A stretch of DNA of 64,000 nucleotides from Octopus sinensis (taxonomy: Eukaryota). This document shows, piece after piece, positions 1 through 14,739 of this stretch (position 1 is the first letter of the stretch; every line of letters starts with the position of its first letter). The translations under genes and the position numbers were made by a program. The stretch spans positions 8,556,001-8,620,000 of the forward strand of contig NC_043021.1 in the NCBI RefSeq assembly GCF_006345805.1, read 5' to 3'. The notes beneath the pieces were generated by a model. It searched no databases and was not told where the DNA came from. It worked only from the letters and a program-made list of their open reading frames with translations.

Positions 1-67
1 ATATATATATAAACATATATACATAAATGTGTGCGCGCGTGTAAATATACATGTATGTATATATATA

Positions 68-102
<35 letters not shown>

Positions 103-135
103 ATATATAATATATATTCATTATATATATTGTAT

Positions 136-181
<46 letters not shown>

Positions 182-187
182 ATATCA

Positions 188-230
<43 letters not shown>

Positions 231-339
231 ATATATACATATACATATATGTATATACGCGCCGTACGTGTATATATGGAGACATACATAGGCACATGCG
301 TACTCTCATACCTATATATATAAGTATGTATGTATGTAC

Positions 340-411
<72 letters not shown>

Positions 412-433
412 GTATAAATATATATATATATAT

Positions 434-650
434 CATTAGTTCATTTAGGTCGGTCTAGTGACCTATTACTCTTGAGTTTCCACGGCTTGCACCCGCTTCT
501 TCAGACATGTCTAGTCTCAAGAAGCAACAGCACGCGGGGTGAAAGCTTCTGAATAGAAGAGCCCTGGACCGGCCTAAATGATCTAATGCACACTTATGTT
601 TGTATTGAGTACTTCTCAGGCCCGCTACTTAACAACGGGCACATATATAT
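434..650 (-). mobile_element. Short Penelope-like fold-back element in (TA)n
   Basis: Contains a hammerhead; imperfect inverted repeat 434-455 vs 568-589; flanked by TA tracts. Confidence 0.55.
455..514 (-). ncRNA. Type I hammerhead ribozyme motif (Penelope-like element)
   Basis: Minus strand: ACAUGU-CUGAAGA-stem II GCGG/CCGU-GAAA-stem III ACUC/GAGU-GUA cleavage triplet-AUAGGU; stem I imperfect. Confidence 0.7.
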
Positions 651-888
651 ATATATATATATAATATATATATATATATATACATGTAATGTATATGTGT
701 GAACATATGTATATATCTATCTACCTATTTATCTATTTACCTAAAATATATACACATATATATATATATATTATATATATATGCATGTTCGTATGTATAA
801 TATCTATGTATACGTATGAGTGTGTGTATGTGAATGCAAGTATGGGCTTATGCCTGGTGGTCTACGCGTATTTACATATATATAATAT

Positions 889-969
<81 letters not shown>

Positions 970-1211
970 ATATAATATATATATATATATTATATATATA
1001 TATGAACAAGGGGAAATGTATTTAAATAGCATGTCCTGTAAATATTTATTGATATTTTAAGTTTTCGTTGATTTAAAGATTTAATATACATTCCTCCCCA
1101 GCTCTCCCCTCCCAGCTCCCTCAGCTATGGCTTTACCCTCTTTTCGCTCACGCTGTATATATAATATATAATATAATATATGTATATTATATATATGTAT
1201 ATGTGTATATA

Positions 1212-1244
<33 letters not shown>

Positions 1245-1515
1245 ATATATTATATATGTATATATATATGTATATATATATATGTATATATATAATGCAT
1301 ATATATATATGTATACACATACACAATATATATATATATGTGTGTGTATGTGTGTGTGTGTGTTGTATATATAAAACGTATGTACGTATGTATTACTGTT
1401 TTTTTGTGTGCATAGATAGTACTTTTTAGTTATGGAAATGTGCACTTTATGAGCATGCATACGTAAGATCGTGCGAATGTATACATGTTTATATTTGTGT
1501 GTGTGAGTGGTGTGT

Positions 1516-1557
<42 letters not shown>

Positions 1558-2179
1558 GTGACTTGATACAAGTCCAAATATTGTTCGGAAAAGGTGTATA
1601 GTCGACGACCGAATCTATCCAGAATGTGATGGGCAATCTACCTTATCGATCCCAGAGTTAGGATTAAAGGCATTGTTGACCGGCCGGACTAGATCTCGGA
1701 GCTAAAGGGACGAATTGAAATGTTTGATCCGTTTTTTTCTACTGGCACCACCCTACGTAGGGTTTCGTCGTTTAATGTTAATTGAAAGAGATGACACTTT
1801 TTTTTTATTTGGAAAAGAATTATAAATTTTATATCATGCAATGATTTCATTGACGAGAAAAGGGAATAATTTAAATCTAACTGTCACGGGTTCAATCCAT
1901 TCAGACAGCTTCTCTACTGACTAAAACTATAGAAATAAATAATATGTAGAATGATTGTAAATGTTAAATGTTCAAAGTGGCTTTCAGCTGACCATTACAG
2001 TAGGGAAACTGGTCCTTAGCTCAGTCCTTTATAAGTTTAACGAAGTACAAATACTTCTGTTTCATTAACAGGCCACCAACTGGTGGTTTGAGATGGATTA
2101 TAAAGGGATTAAGAAATGATTTATTTCCAGATAAAAAATAAACAAACGATAAAACAGAATTATATTTAATAGTTAATAT

Positions 2180-2406
2180 TCTTTTCTACTCTAGGCATTA
2201 GGCCTGAAATTTTTTTGGTTTTGGGGGAGGGGACCAGTCGATTAGATCGACCCCAGTATGCAACTGGTACTTAATTCATCGACCCTGGAAAGGATGAAAG
2301 GCAAAGTCGACCTCGACGGAATCTGAACCCAGAACATTAAAGACTGAAGAAATGCCGCTAAGCATTTCGCCCGGCGTGCTAACGTTTCTGCCAGCTGGCC
2401 GCCTTA
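2180..2406 (-). mobile_element. tRNA-derived SINE family A
   Basis: ggcggcgagctggcag head and gtcgactttgcctttcatcc body. Confidence 0.8.
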
Positions 2407-3099
2407 TTTGATAATTAATATTGCGTGTTTAATTAACTGATTATGTGAGCGTTCTTTATTAGACTTGTCTTTCACACCCCCTTCACACCGTATAACAATA
2501 TAAAATGAAGATATAAATCGTAGAGGATATCAATAAATATCATCTCTATGAACATATATCAAAAGATATCCATATCAAATTATATATCTCAGTATGTCGA
2601 TTAAAACGATATCAATAGGGGTAGGTGAGTGGGTGTGGGGGTCGGGGTCGGGGTCGGGGAGGGAATGTTAATGGTTGCTCATCAGAACAGGTGCCCTGAC
2701 TTTCAGGAATATTTCTACGAACGGAGGAGGGGGTGAAGGAGGATGAAAATAAGCAAAGTCAAGAGTGTGAGGTGGTGGGGTTGGGTGGGTGGGTTGGTTG
2801 GTTTTGGAAAGAAAATAAGTAGGTGAGGCAAGGAAGGATTGGCAACCCATTCATTTTATGGTCTAACTATCCTTCATTCGCGAAGAAGAATAAGAAGAGA
2901 AAGAAGAAGCAGAAGGTGCAGGTGGAAGAGGAGGAGGAGGAGGAAGAGGAAAAGGAGGAAAAAAGAGGAGGAGTAGGAAGAAGGAAGAGGAGGAGGTGGA
3001 GGAAGAAGGAAGAAAGAAGAAGAAGAAGAGACCGAAACAAACAACAACTTTGAACAGAAACAATCAACAACAACTGACTCACCAATTCTATTACACTCG

Positions 3100-3390
3100 C
3101 TCCATAAGTCTTCAATCTCGAGTTAAACCACCATCTGGACATTGGTCAAACCTTCTGTAAAACCGCTGTCACAACATTGATTCAATCTTCAGCAAACCCA
3201 GCGTCCCAATCTTGGTTAAACATCCAGTGAAACGGCAATTTGAGCCATGGTTCAATCTTTAGTTTAACCGCTATAACAACATTGAATCAACCTTCCGCTA
3301 AAACCACCTCAAAAGCTTCAACCAAACTGCCATCACAACATTGATTTAACTCTCAGTTAAACCATCATCTCATCATTGACTCACAGCTTA
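3100..3390. repeat. Degenerate tandem repeat, about 35-bp unit, about 8 copies
   Basis: Recurring aaacc...acaacattgatt.aa.ctt pattern. Confidence 0.6.
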
Positions 3391-4159
3391 CACTCAAATT
3401 AAAAATGAAAAGAATTAAACCAATTCATTTAATGGCACTTGAAATAAATTTGGATAAACCCTGAATGTATACTGACTTGACTGTCGCACAATTTGCACTT
3501 CGCCCGTACTTCTTTGTTTGTACACTATGTATCAAAGCGTATGAAAATCTCTCGTGGATGTAACGTTTTGGTAAAGTAGTTATTTTGTCTATATTAAATT
3601 TTCTAGGCAAAATTCTTTACTCATCATTTACTATTTTACAAAAAGGATCCCAAAAAGATGCACAATGAATACATCTTCGATAGAAATCTTGGTTGAAAAA
3701 AAAAAAAAAATCAAACAAAAAACAAATAAAAAAGGGACAAAATATTTATCAAGAACTTTCCAGCTGGTCCAAAAATTTCCCGTCATGCGAATTTACTATG
3801 AAATTAACCTCAAATTATATCATGATATTTTGCGTATTCATTTTTTTTTTCTTTCGTTATTTTTTTTGTTTTGTATTGTTTTTTGAATTCTTTAACTCTC
3901 ATTCTTGCCACTTCACTTTTACTGCGAGTTGGATTTATTGGTCGAAGATCTGAATTCTTTCATAATTGAACCACTCCGTTTATAATAAAACTGCTTGTGT
4001 GAAAGACTCGCACTTGTTGTCAAATCCAATCTTCAAGTTTACAATCCGACCAGACATGACATTTCACAAATACATTAATTATTTTAATTATTAAACTAGT
4101 TTCCATTGATTTTATTACCATTTTCTCCTTCCATATCTAAAAATTTATATATAATATAT

Positions 4160-4214
<55 letters not shown>

Positions 4215-4473
4215 ATATATATTACATATATCAACGAGGACTGTTAAGAAAAAATCTTTGATAAATTAGATGATGCTGGTATGATTTAAAAAATTATTTT
4301 AAAAAAAATTCTCACTAAACTTTGTAATTTTGTGTATATAGCCACAAACAAACACACCTAAATATCTGCATACATGCGCGCATACATCATACATACATAC
4401 ATACATGATACATATGTATATACATACATATACATATACGTATATATACATACATATATACGTATATATATAC

Positions 4474-4513
<40 letters not shown>

Positions 4514-4613
4514 GCTCATTGATAAATGTAGGTTTGTTGAAACCTATACATAGATAAGAGTACAAATATAAGAACACATGCATAATTTTCCCCAAGTACA
4601 TACATACATACGC

Positions 4614-4670
<57 letters not shown>

Positions 4671-4724
4671 CATACACATATACATGCATATATATATATA
4701 TGTGCGTGTGTATGTGTGTGTGTG

Positions 4725-4774
<50 letters not shown>

Positions 4775-4881
4775 TATGTATTAAACATACTCGTATATAT
4801 GTGTGTGTATGCATGTATTTATGTATGTATACATTTTGAACAATATGAGTGTGTTTATATCAATGAATGTGTATAAATGTG

Positions 4882-4920
<39 letters not shown>

Positions 4921-6522
4921 TTTTGGTGTATGTGTTGCGTCATGGTAGTGAAAAATGTACACGTGTGTTTAAACAAAATTTAAACAGGTAAAAGGTGTGA
5001 CTAATTATTTTCAAAATATGTTGGCAAAACACCCGTCCCCACCCCAAAATAAATATGGGAAAATAGATATGGGAAATCATAAATATATAATTGTCATCAT
5101 AACAAAAAACAAAAAAAAAAAAAAATAAGATTGAAAATCAGAATATTCGACAGCCAAAATGGCTTCTTCCGGAAACTGTGTAGTTTTCTTGTTTTTTGCT
5201 TTTGTTGTACTTCCATAAAAAATAAAATGAAATCAATGCAGGAGGAGGAGGAGGAGGAGAGAAAAAGAGAAGAGAAGAAAAAGAAGATGGAGAAAGAGGA
5301 GAAGAAGTAGAAGGAAGCGGAGGAGGTGGAGATGGAGGAGGAGGTGTAAGTAACTAGAAGTGTTCAATAAAGAAATAAGAAAATAAGAAAATCATGAAAC
5401 TAACCCTTTTCGTGTAACGGGTGGGGTGCTAGTTGGTTTGATTTGTTTGGGGGTGTGTGTTTATATATGTTGTTATAATATATCCTGTTGTGTATCTAAC
5501 AATACACGTAAACACACAGACACACATATATAAACTCATACTTACACACACACATTCACTGTCTGTCTTTCTGTCTCTCTGTTTCTCTCTCTCTTACTTG
5601 TACGCATGTACAACACTCGCACATACATATACGGGCAGTCACGTGACCGTGAATGCTTTTTTTTTTTACAATTCATTGTTCGTAAGGTAATGTCGTGTTT
5701 TTTTTGTTGTTGTTGTATTTTTTTTTTTTTTGGATTCCACATATCCTACATCGTAACGCTATGTACGGAATATGTGGGTTTATATCGGTGTTTTTGAAGA
5801 TGAAACGTTTCGATGCTATTTTCACGAGTTATCGACAAACTGGAAAGCTTTGCTGTTGTTGTTGTTGTTTGTTGTTGTTGTTGTGTTGTTGTTGTTGTTG
5901 TTGTTGTTGTTGTGTTGTTGTTGTTGTTTTAATTTTCGTTTTTGTTGTCGTTGCTGCTGTTGTTGCCATCGTCCTCTTCGCTCAATTCAACTTCTCTTTC
6001 CACTTTTGTCCATTTTTAAAATTGTTTTTAAACATACGGTTTTGTGGGTGGGTGCCACCTTGTACTACACCTGCTGTGAAACCGTCGACTGGGAGAATAT
6101 ACTTTGAACAGTCCATCTTTATTTTGAATATATTTTCTTCCAACAACATTTATCATAGAACATTCATAGCTTTTATATTATTTTTACTGTTTTTCTTCAC
6201 CTGTCCATATTTTTCCTTGATTTCGTTTTTTTTATCCACCCCATTCGTTTTGCAACATACGAGTTTTACCATGATTCAGCATTTACCCGGTTCTTAAGCA
6301 ATGCTTCTTTACCCTCATCTTAAGTGACTTCTCTTCTTTTCTCTACCCTGATATTTAGTGGCATCGTTACCCGGTTCCCCCAACAAAAAGCGACCATTTT
6401 AACTGGGAAGCATTTGATGATGATCAAGAAAGTTTCATCTTTTCTCTACTGCTCCTCACATGTTCATGGCTCAAGCTTTCCAAATGTTAAAGTGTAAAAC
6501 ACATACTAACGTTTCTTTGTCT

Positions 6523-6558
6523 TCACAGGTAGGTCATTTGTGTTGCCACGTCAAAACT
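6523..6558 (-). CDS. Hv terminal coding exon [11 protein letters not shown]
   Basis: Long T-rich acceptor ending ttttctag; phase 0 frame gives 11 codons and TGA. Confidence 0.7.
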   Translation of the reverse strand, partial: SFDVATQMTYL

Positions 6559-9500
6559 CTAGAAAACACAGCAAAAAAAAAAAAAAAAGAAAATAGAGGA
6601 AAATTATTGGTATAAAAAAGATCGAAAGAAAGAAAATTAAAAATAGTGATGTGAGAGAGGAGATAAACATATCTATATATATAAAACTGTAGTTGTGTGA
6701 GTGTCTGTCCCCTTCGATTTAGATTCCTAACTACTCCCACATTTTGCGGTGCAATTTAACCAAATTCGGGTATCTTATAGTCGTGATTCATATCGAGCCC
6801 GTCTGGGAATTAGCGCGCGTCTACGATGAGTCTACGATTTTAAAAATAATTTAACATAAATTTTTATTCCATTTTAATGCATATTTTTTCGTGTGTCGAT
6901 GGCGGCGGAGTTGGCGTCCACGGTCACAGCTGCACCTGTGTTGCTTTTCCCCCTTCTTCCCTCCCTCGTGAAGCTGTGGGGAAGGGAGTGTAAGGAAATC
7001 AACGTCGTAAAGCGTTGTCAAAGAGACCAGCGTTCTTTTAGAACAACGACTTCATGGCTTGAAGACACCAGAACAGAAATGGCTAAGAAAGCCCGAATTG
7101 GCATCTATAAGGGAAGTAACTCTCTAAAAATGCTTATATAGTTATTTCCCTTACAAACCCGAGCAACGCCGGGTGATACTGCTAGTTTAGTATAAAGAAA
7201 AACGAATCGATTTTACAGTTTTAAAATAAAACAATGAAATAACAAAGTTTAATTTAATTGTAGAATAAAGTAAGTTGATGTACTGTGAAACAGAGCCTGT
7301 CATGGTTTGATCAAAACTCTTTCCAGCAAAGAAGACTCTCCTTTACTCACGCATCAAATAAGTTTATCTCCCCTTTACTCACACAACACACGAATTTATC
7401 TCCCCCTTACTAACAACTCATACAAATTTATCTCCTCTTTACTAGTAATTCTCACAAACTCATTTCTTTTTAGTTGCCATAATAGAAGGCAGCTGAACTA
7501 ATGCGGCATCTGAACTAATACCGATCTAAATATTCTGGTTCGTATTCTAACTCTACATATACGAAACAAAATTAAAGTTCTCGAGTAGGGGTGATGGGGA
7601 ATGAGTTAGTCAGAGTATTCCAATATGACAGCTAGATTTTCCACTTTCGTTTTCCTTTGAATACCTTTCTAAAGGGGTTGTTTTACTCAAAATACCAGCA
7701 CTAGTTAAATGTTTCTAAGATAACGTTGGCTCAGCACCTTTTAAAATACATAGTTTTTCTATATATTCTATAAGCAATCTCTGTGTGTTCGTGTGCAATG
7801 GTGAAACGTTTTATTCAATACATACCTATTTCTTTATTACCCACAAGGGGCTAAACACAGAGGGGACAAGCAAGGACAGACATAGGTATTAAGTCGATTA
7901 CATCGACCCCAGTGCGTAACTGGTACTTAATTTATCGACCCTGAAAGGATGAAAGGCAAAGTCGACCTCGGCAGAATTTGAACTCACAACGTAACGCAGA
8001 CGAAATACCTATTTCTATTTCTTTACTACCCACAAGGGGCTAAACACAGAGGGGACAAACAAGGACAGACAAACGGATTAAGTCGATTACATCGACCCCA
8101 GTACGTATCTGGTACTTAATTTATCGACCCCGAAAGGATGAAAGGCAAAGTCGAACTCGGCGGAATTTGAACTCACAACGTAACGACAGACGAAATACCG
8201 CTAAGCATTTCGCCCGGCGTGCTAACGTTTCTGCCAGCTCCATCACCAAGTGACATCTCCTCAATTTGTTCAGTCAATAATGTACCGAATTTAATTAGAA
8301 TAAGTTTCCCGAGCGCTTACATAGGAAAGGTTCTACCCTACACGAGAACTTTAATTTAAAAGTATTAACACTTTTAAAAACGCGGGCTTTACTCGATATT
8401 TTTTGCTACACTCTTAACCTCAATGAACCAACGTTCAAGCACCAATAGAACCTCGGTATTAGATGAACCATAAACACACTATACCCCTGTTCATCTTCTA
8501 CTTCCGTCTATGATTCCTCTAAATCTTGATACACTATAAAAAGTATTTTACGGAGTATTTCACTCATTAGTTGTTTACTTCACTTCCACTCCATATTGCC
8601 TGTAATATCCACAACCTTAAGGTACAATTTTCTCTTCAGTATACGACATTTAGCGTTATAAAGTATGCCCACGTTAATTCTCTAAACTTCACCCACAGCA
8701 TCACCAACCAAAATATGAGTTCAGTCTAACTGCATGGAACTTTGGACAAGTGTACTCCCAGAAGTCGCTAAATTATTACGTTAAAAGACTCCAGCAAACA
8801 GCTATTGCTATAAAGTGTTACACCATCATACCACACAAAAGCTTTATAACTTTATAATTCTGCAATTATAACACAAGAAACATGTCTGTTTATATTTCCC
8901 AACACCTTGAAGCTTCGCACCAGGAGTGGCTGTGTGGTAAATAGCTTGCTTACGAACCACATGGTTCCGGGTTAAGTCCCACTGCGTGGCACCTTGGGAA
9001 AGTGTCTTCTACTATTGCCTCGTGCCGACCAAAGCCTTGTGAGTGGATTTGGTAGACGGAAACTGAAAGAAGCCCGTCGCGTGTGTCTGTGTTTGTCCCC
9101 CACCATCGCTTGACAACAGATGCTGGTGTGTTTACGTCCCCGTAACTTAGCGGTTCGGCGAAACAGACCGATAGAATAAGAACTAGGCTTAGAAAGAATA
9201 AGTCCCGGGATCGATTTGCTCGACTAAAAGGCGGTGCTCCAGCATGGCCACACTCAAATGACTGAAACAAGTAAAAGAGAGAGTCAAGGGGAGACTTCTA
9301 TATATCTACTTCTTCAAAATTCCTCAAAAGGCCAAAATTCTTTGGCAGAAAAATCAAATACGTAATCGAGTGTGTCTATAAATATTTCTGACAATTTTTT
9401 CCCCCCTTTGTAAAAAAATGGCGTGAAGAAATCGGACGTAGATTATGACAAAGAATGGCACTTACCAAAAAAGTGTCACTTGTTGGTAACCCGGGGAGAC

Positions 9501-11022
9501 TATGGATAGAGTTAGTACTTAGAAGACTAGGCCGCCGTTCCGTATCCGAATCGTCTGGTTCGTGGAGTGCATAGCCGTTGTTAATATAATATAGCATACT
9601 GCTGCGGTTTGAAGTTGCCAACACTGGCTGTGGAATAGTGTTGCGACGAGCATATGAAGTACTTGCAGAACTACTGCTACCTGCAATACTGGCAGCTGCT
9701 GCTGCTGCTGCCGCTGCCGCCGCTGCTGCCGCGGCTTTGTTTCGCGCCATTTTCACGGCTCGCCGACAGTTTAAGTTTTCGTCCATTGCTGAACTAATTG
9801 AGCTTCGTTGTCCGCTTTCAATGTCATTGTCATTGTCATTGTCGTCGTCGTCGTCGTCGTCGTCGCCGACCCTGTCTTCTTCGTCGTCGTCGTCGTCGTC
9901 TTCCTCTTCGTCTTCTTCCATGAGAATGCCGTTTGCCGTGTCATCGTTGTCGTCTTGATCGTCTTTCATTGCCTCTTCGAGGGCGCGGCCATAAAGATCA
10001 TCTTCCGTGTCCCCTGCCACGTTACTCTTGCCCAACGTAGAGATGAGCATCAGTGACGCAAACGAGGAAATGGCTGACATGGCCACACCACGCCGGCCTT
10101 TTCCATCTGCCGTAACAAAAAAAAAAGAAAAGAAAAAGACAAAACAAATAATATTAAAAATCAAAACAAAAATACATCTACAAAAAAAATCGATTCAAAA
10201 TATTATTATCAGTGAAGAATGATAAATATCTGAAATAAACTCGACTGCTCTCACAAACGAGAATATCAAAAATGAACCCGACCGCTCTTACAAATTAAGT
10301 AAAAAAAAAAAAACCCGAAAAACAATCCAAAATCCTTGTCCGGTACCCGATCGATCCCTATGGTAGTCATGGAATGTGAAGATGGGAGTGCGGACCGTGT
10401 TTGTAATACTATGTGTCGTCTGAAGTGGAAACAAGGACAGTTTTCTCTATGAAAGCCTTTTTCAGTCTATCCACTGATATAGTGTCTTTACGACCATTAA
10501 GGTCTATAGTGAAAAATTTACTCGTGCGTGAGAGAAAACGGAAAGGACCTGCATACGGTGCTGTTAAAGGAGGTTTAACAACAATTGCTGAGGATAAATT
10601 AAATTTATTATTGTTACAGAATGTGTTAGCGTTATTTAATTTCAGAACGGTTTTGCTGCCGTTTGTTTATGTAGTTTGAATTCTTTATCCATCAGTTTAT
10701 TTAAATTAATAATAGAGAAATGGAAATAAAACTTTGGAAACAGCAACGCCGCCATAATTTACGTGGAAATCAGAAGCATGCTTTCAAGGGAGATAATCAG
10801 AGATCGTAATACTTCATGTAAAGTAAAGTAAATATTACAAATAATCCAGAATCCTTGTCCGGTACCGGATCGATCCCAAAATCAGTTCGTACCAGACACG
10901 AGGCCAAACATCCCTGAAAGTTTCATCCGAATCCATCCAGCAGTTCTTGAGATATCTTGTCCACGGACAAACAAACAAACAAACGCGGCTGGAAACAATG
11001 GCTCCACCTTAGCGAAGGCGGA

Positions 11023-11078
<56 letters not shown>

Positions 11079-11162
11079 TAATAATAATGAGAAGAAGAAG
11101 AAGAAGAAGAAGAAGAAGAAGAATTATTATTATAATAATAAGAATTATTATTATTATAAAAA

Positions 11163-11193
<31 letters not shown>

Positions 11194-12666
11194 AAGAATT
11201 ATTACTATTCTTCTTCTTTTTCTTCTTCTTCTTCTTCTTATTATTATTATTATATTTTCAGAAAAAAAGTTTCCTACTGTCGACTACCTATAGTGCCTAT
11301 AGTCTCCAGTGAAAGGGTATTTAAGACTGAAGCCAATAAAAACCAACAAGGAACATCCATGAAGAAGATTCCCAGGAACACAAGGAGATTCCATATTTCA
11401 GTGATGTCAGCCTAGCAACTGAAAGCTAGTGCAGTAAGCGGGTGTACTACACTTCAAAACTCAGATTTCTCTCCTAAAAGCTAAAACAAGACAGTCTAGT
11501 AATAGTCCTATATTTATCGTTTTTAAACTACCATATGAAGATGAATTATCGAATGCTGTTTCAATGATTATTGTTCTTCCAGAAATTATTTGGGTATTTG
11601 TGTTTTTTCTTGTGGAGGCACATGGCCTAGTGGTTAGAGCAGCGGACTCGCGGTCGAGGGATCGCGGGTTCGAATCTCAGACCGGGAGATGTGTGTGTTT
11701 ATGAGCGAAACACCTAAGCTCCACGCGGCTCCGGCAGAAGGTAATGGCGAAACTTCTGCTGATTCTTTCGCCACAACTTTCTCTCACTCTTTCCTCCTGC
11801 ATCTTGCAGCTCACCTGCGACGGACCAGGGTCCCGTCCAGGTGGGGAACCTATACGCCAAGGAAATCGGGAAACTGGCTCTAATGAGCCAGGCGTGGCTC
11901 GAGAAAGAAGAAAAAATAAAAAAATGTTTTTCTTAATCCACACTCGCTGTGAAGGCATCAACATTGAGATTTTACTGACAATTTGGCTGAAAGAGTACAT
12001 AATTTTCACACACATTTTATTTTGCATCTTTACTCATCATGTTCACATAAGTGAGACCATTTTAAAAGGAGCTGGCCATATTCTCAGCCTCGTAATGATA
12101 AAAGAAAAAGAAGACACAATTTATTAGAACTGAAGAAAGTACTTTGAAAAACTTCTGTGCAGACAGAATTCCAATTCAATCTGGCGAATACTTACAAAGA
12201 CACGCGGTTATTTCATGTTCTGGGGCGCCTCTGCTTCTGCTAAGCGCTACAAGTAACTCTACATCTCTCTGAAACAAAATAGAAGATGCGAGTGATAAGG
12301 TAACAAAGCAATAAAAGATTATGAACAAAAATAAGTTGTTTAGGAGTAATGCCTCGTAATATCTCAACGTAATATCTCAATTTTCTCTTCAGTATACGAC
12401 ATTTAGCGTTATAAAATATGCCCACGTTAATTCTCTAAACTTCACCCACAGCATCACCAACCAAAATATGGGTCACATATTACCTCCAATGTAAGAAGAG
12501 CTGTGGGATTTGAAGCAATGTCTCTCAATAGTTTAACCGTTAAACAGAGTAACTGTCTTCATTTTGCATAGAGATAGAGAGTGCTGCTGTAGGTTGTGGT
12601 ACGGTTTGAGTTGGAGTTAGAGTGTTGCCTGCTCCATTAGGTTGTTCTATACATATGTAAATATGT

Positions 12667-12698
<32 letters not shown>

Positions 12699-14708
12699 CT
12701 GTGTATAGACACAAGAACACACATGGTCGTACCCCTACATTTAAACAGTTTCAGATTCACACATTTCCCTCATTCAGATGTGTACACAAAGCAATTACAT
12801 AGATACAATCAGAGCAACAACAACAACAACAACAATATCGGTAGTTATGAATAAGAGCAAAAAGACCACGACCTTGATGTTAGTAAGGAGCGTTGTACAA
12901 CCCATTATGAGGGTTTTGATTCCAGGTACTTACAGTGATTTCGTTTATCAGTGCCTGTAATTTAATGATTTTCATGTCTGCTTTTTTCTTGGATTTTCTA
13001 ACGGTCATTATTTCTATGTGATGTTTCCTGTTGACTGTCATCAAGAAACCTGGAAAAAAAGAGAGGAAAAAAGGAAGATAGAGAGAAAATGCGTGAGTGT
13101 GAAAGTGAGTAGAAGTGTGGATGGCTAATTGGGGGAGAAATACAAAGAAAAAGCATGAAATGATAAGAAAGTAAGAGTGGTAGAAAACAATATATATATT
13201 TTTTTCTTTATTTCCCACAAGGGGCTAAACACAGAGGGGACAAACAAGGACAGACAAACGGATTAAGACGATTACATCGACTCCAGTGCGTAACTGGTAC
13301 TTATTTAATCGACCCCGAAAGGATGAAAGGCAAAGTCGACCTCGGCGGAATTTGAACTCAGAAAGTAACGGCAGACGAAGTACGGCTACGCATTTCGTCC
13401 GGCGTGCTAACGTTTCTGCCAGCTCGCCGCTATGTATAAATTGGAGTATTTCAACCAATCAAAATGTAACTTCTGTATTGTTCTTTTTTATACCCTGAAG
13501 ATTTTCCACCCAAGTTATTTTGAAATGCAAATTTACATGTTTATATATGTTTTTTTTTAAATTTAAATTGCATGTGAAATGAAACATTTGTAGGCGAAGA
13601 TGATTGTTAATTAATAAATTAATTTATATCCATTGAATCTCTCGATGTTAAAACTTAATCATATTTTATATTTTATATTTTATCTCTCTCTATATAAACG
13701 GCAGTTTGTCTGTGTGTGTTTCTGTGTGTCTGTTTGGTTGTACCCTCACCCTGACCACGGCTTTCAACCGATTCTGATGAAACTTGACACACACATAGCC
13801 CAATGTCATAATTCAAAACTAACGCAGCGAAAATTTTGAAAAGTTCCCCCAGTTCTGAAAAAAATCGATAAATTCGACATGGGGTCGAGAATCAGAAACA
13901 CAAACCACAGACTGCCTAGGGGACGCAACTCGACCTTTTTTAACTCTCAAAAAAAATTTACCATTTTTTTTCCATTTTTTCCTATTTTTTGGCTATAACT
14001 CTCTAAAAATGCTTTATAGTTATTTCCCTTACAAACCTGAGCAACGCCGGGCGATACTGCTAGTACAATATATTCATGAGAAGAAATATATCTTCAAAAT
14101 ACAATATATTAAACCAGTGTATCTTGGATAAATACATGTGTGTGCGTGAGTGTATGCGTGTATGTTTGTGTGTGTGCATGTGTCTAAGAATCCATAAACT
14201 AAGAAAAGCACTCATATATTTCTCAATTTCATACACACATACACACACACACATGTATATATATTTCTCAATTCACTGGGTATACATTAAAGTATACAAC
14301 ATGAAAGATCTATTTCAGCCGGCCTTACCAATCGATTTCGCACTGATTCACCATGTTTTTTTCATGCTTGCCATCACTAAAAACCACGTGATGTAAGTAT
14401 CGTCTGATACCAAGTGCAAAATTGATTTGATATGATGAGATGAAATTGACCTATGATATTGTATACTTTGATATAATCTATGTATGTATGTATGTATGTA
14501 TGTATGTATGTATGTATGTATGTATCTGTCTGCCTGCCTGTCTGTCTGTCTGTCTGTCAGTATTTTCTGTCTGTCTATCAATTTGTCTGTCGGTCTATCT
14601 CTCTCTCTATCTCTCTACCTATCTAACTATCTGTCTATCTATCTATTTTTCTGTCTGCCTGTCTGTCTCTCTCTGTCTGTCTGTCTGTCTCTCTCGCTAT
14701 GTATATCT

Positions 14709-14739
<31 letters not shown>

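Larger units (their letters stand above)
1..1560. repeat. (TA)n/(TG)n microsatellite field
   Basis: Direct inspection; similar fields at 4140-4920, 14470-14750, 15320-15600, 41900-42210, 46845-47130. Confidence 0.95.

Noticed and set aside
11614-11690. tRNA-like A/B boxes
   Set aside because: Heads of multi-copy SINEs, not complete cloverleaf tRNA genes
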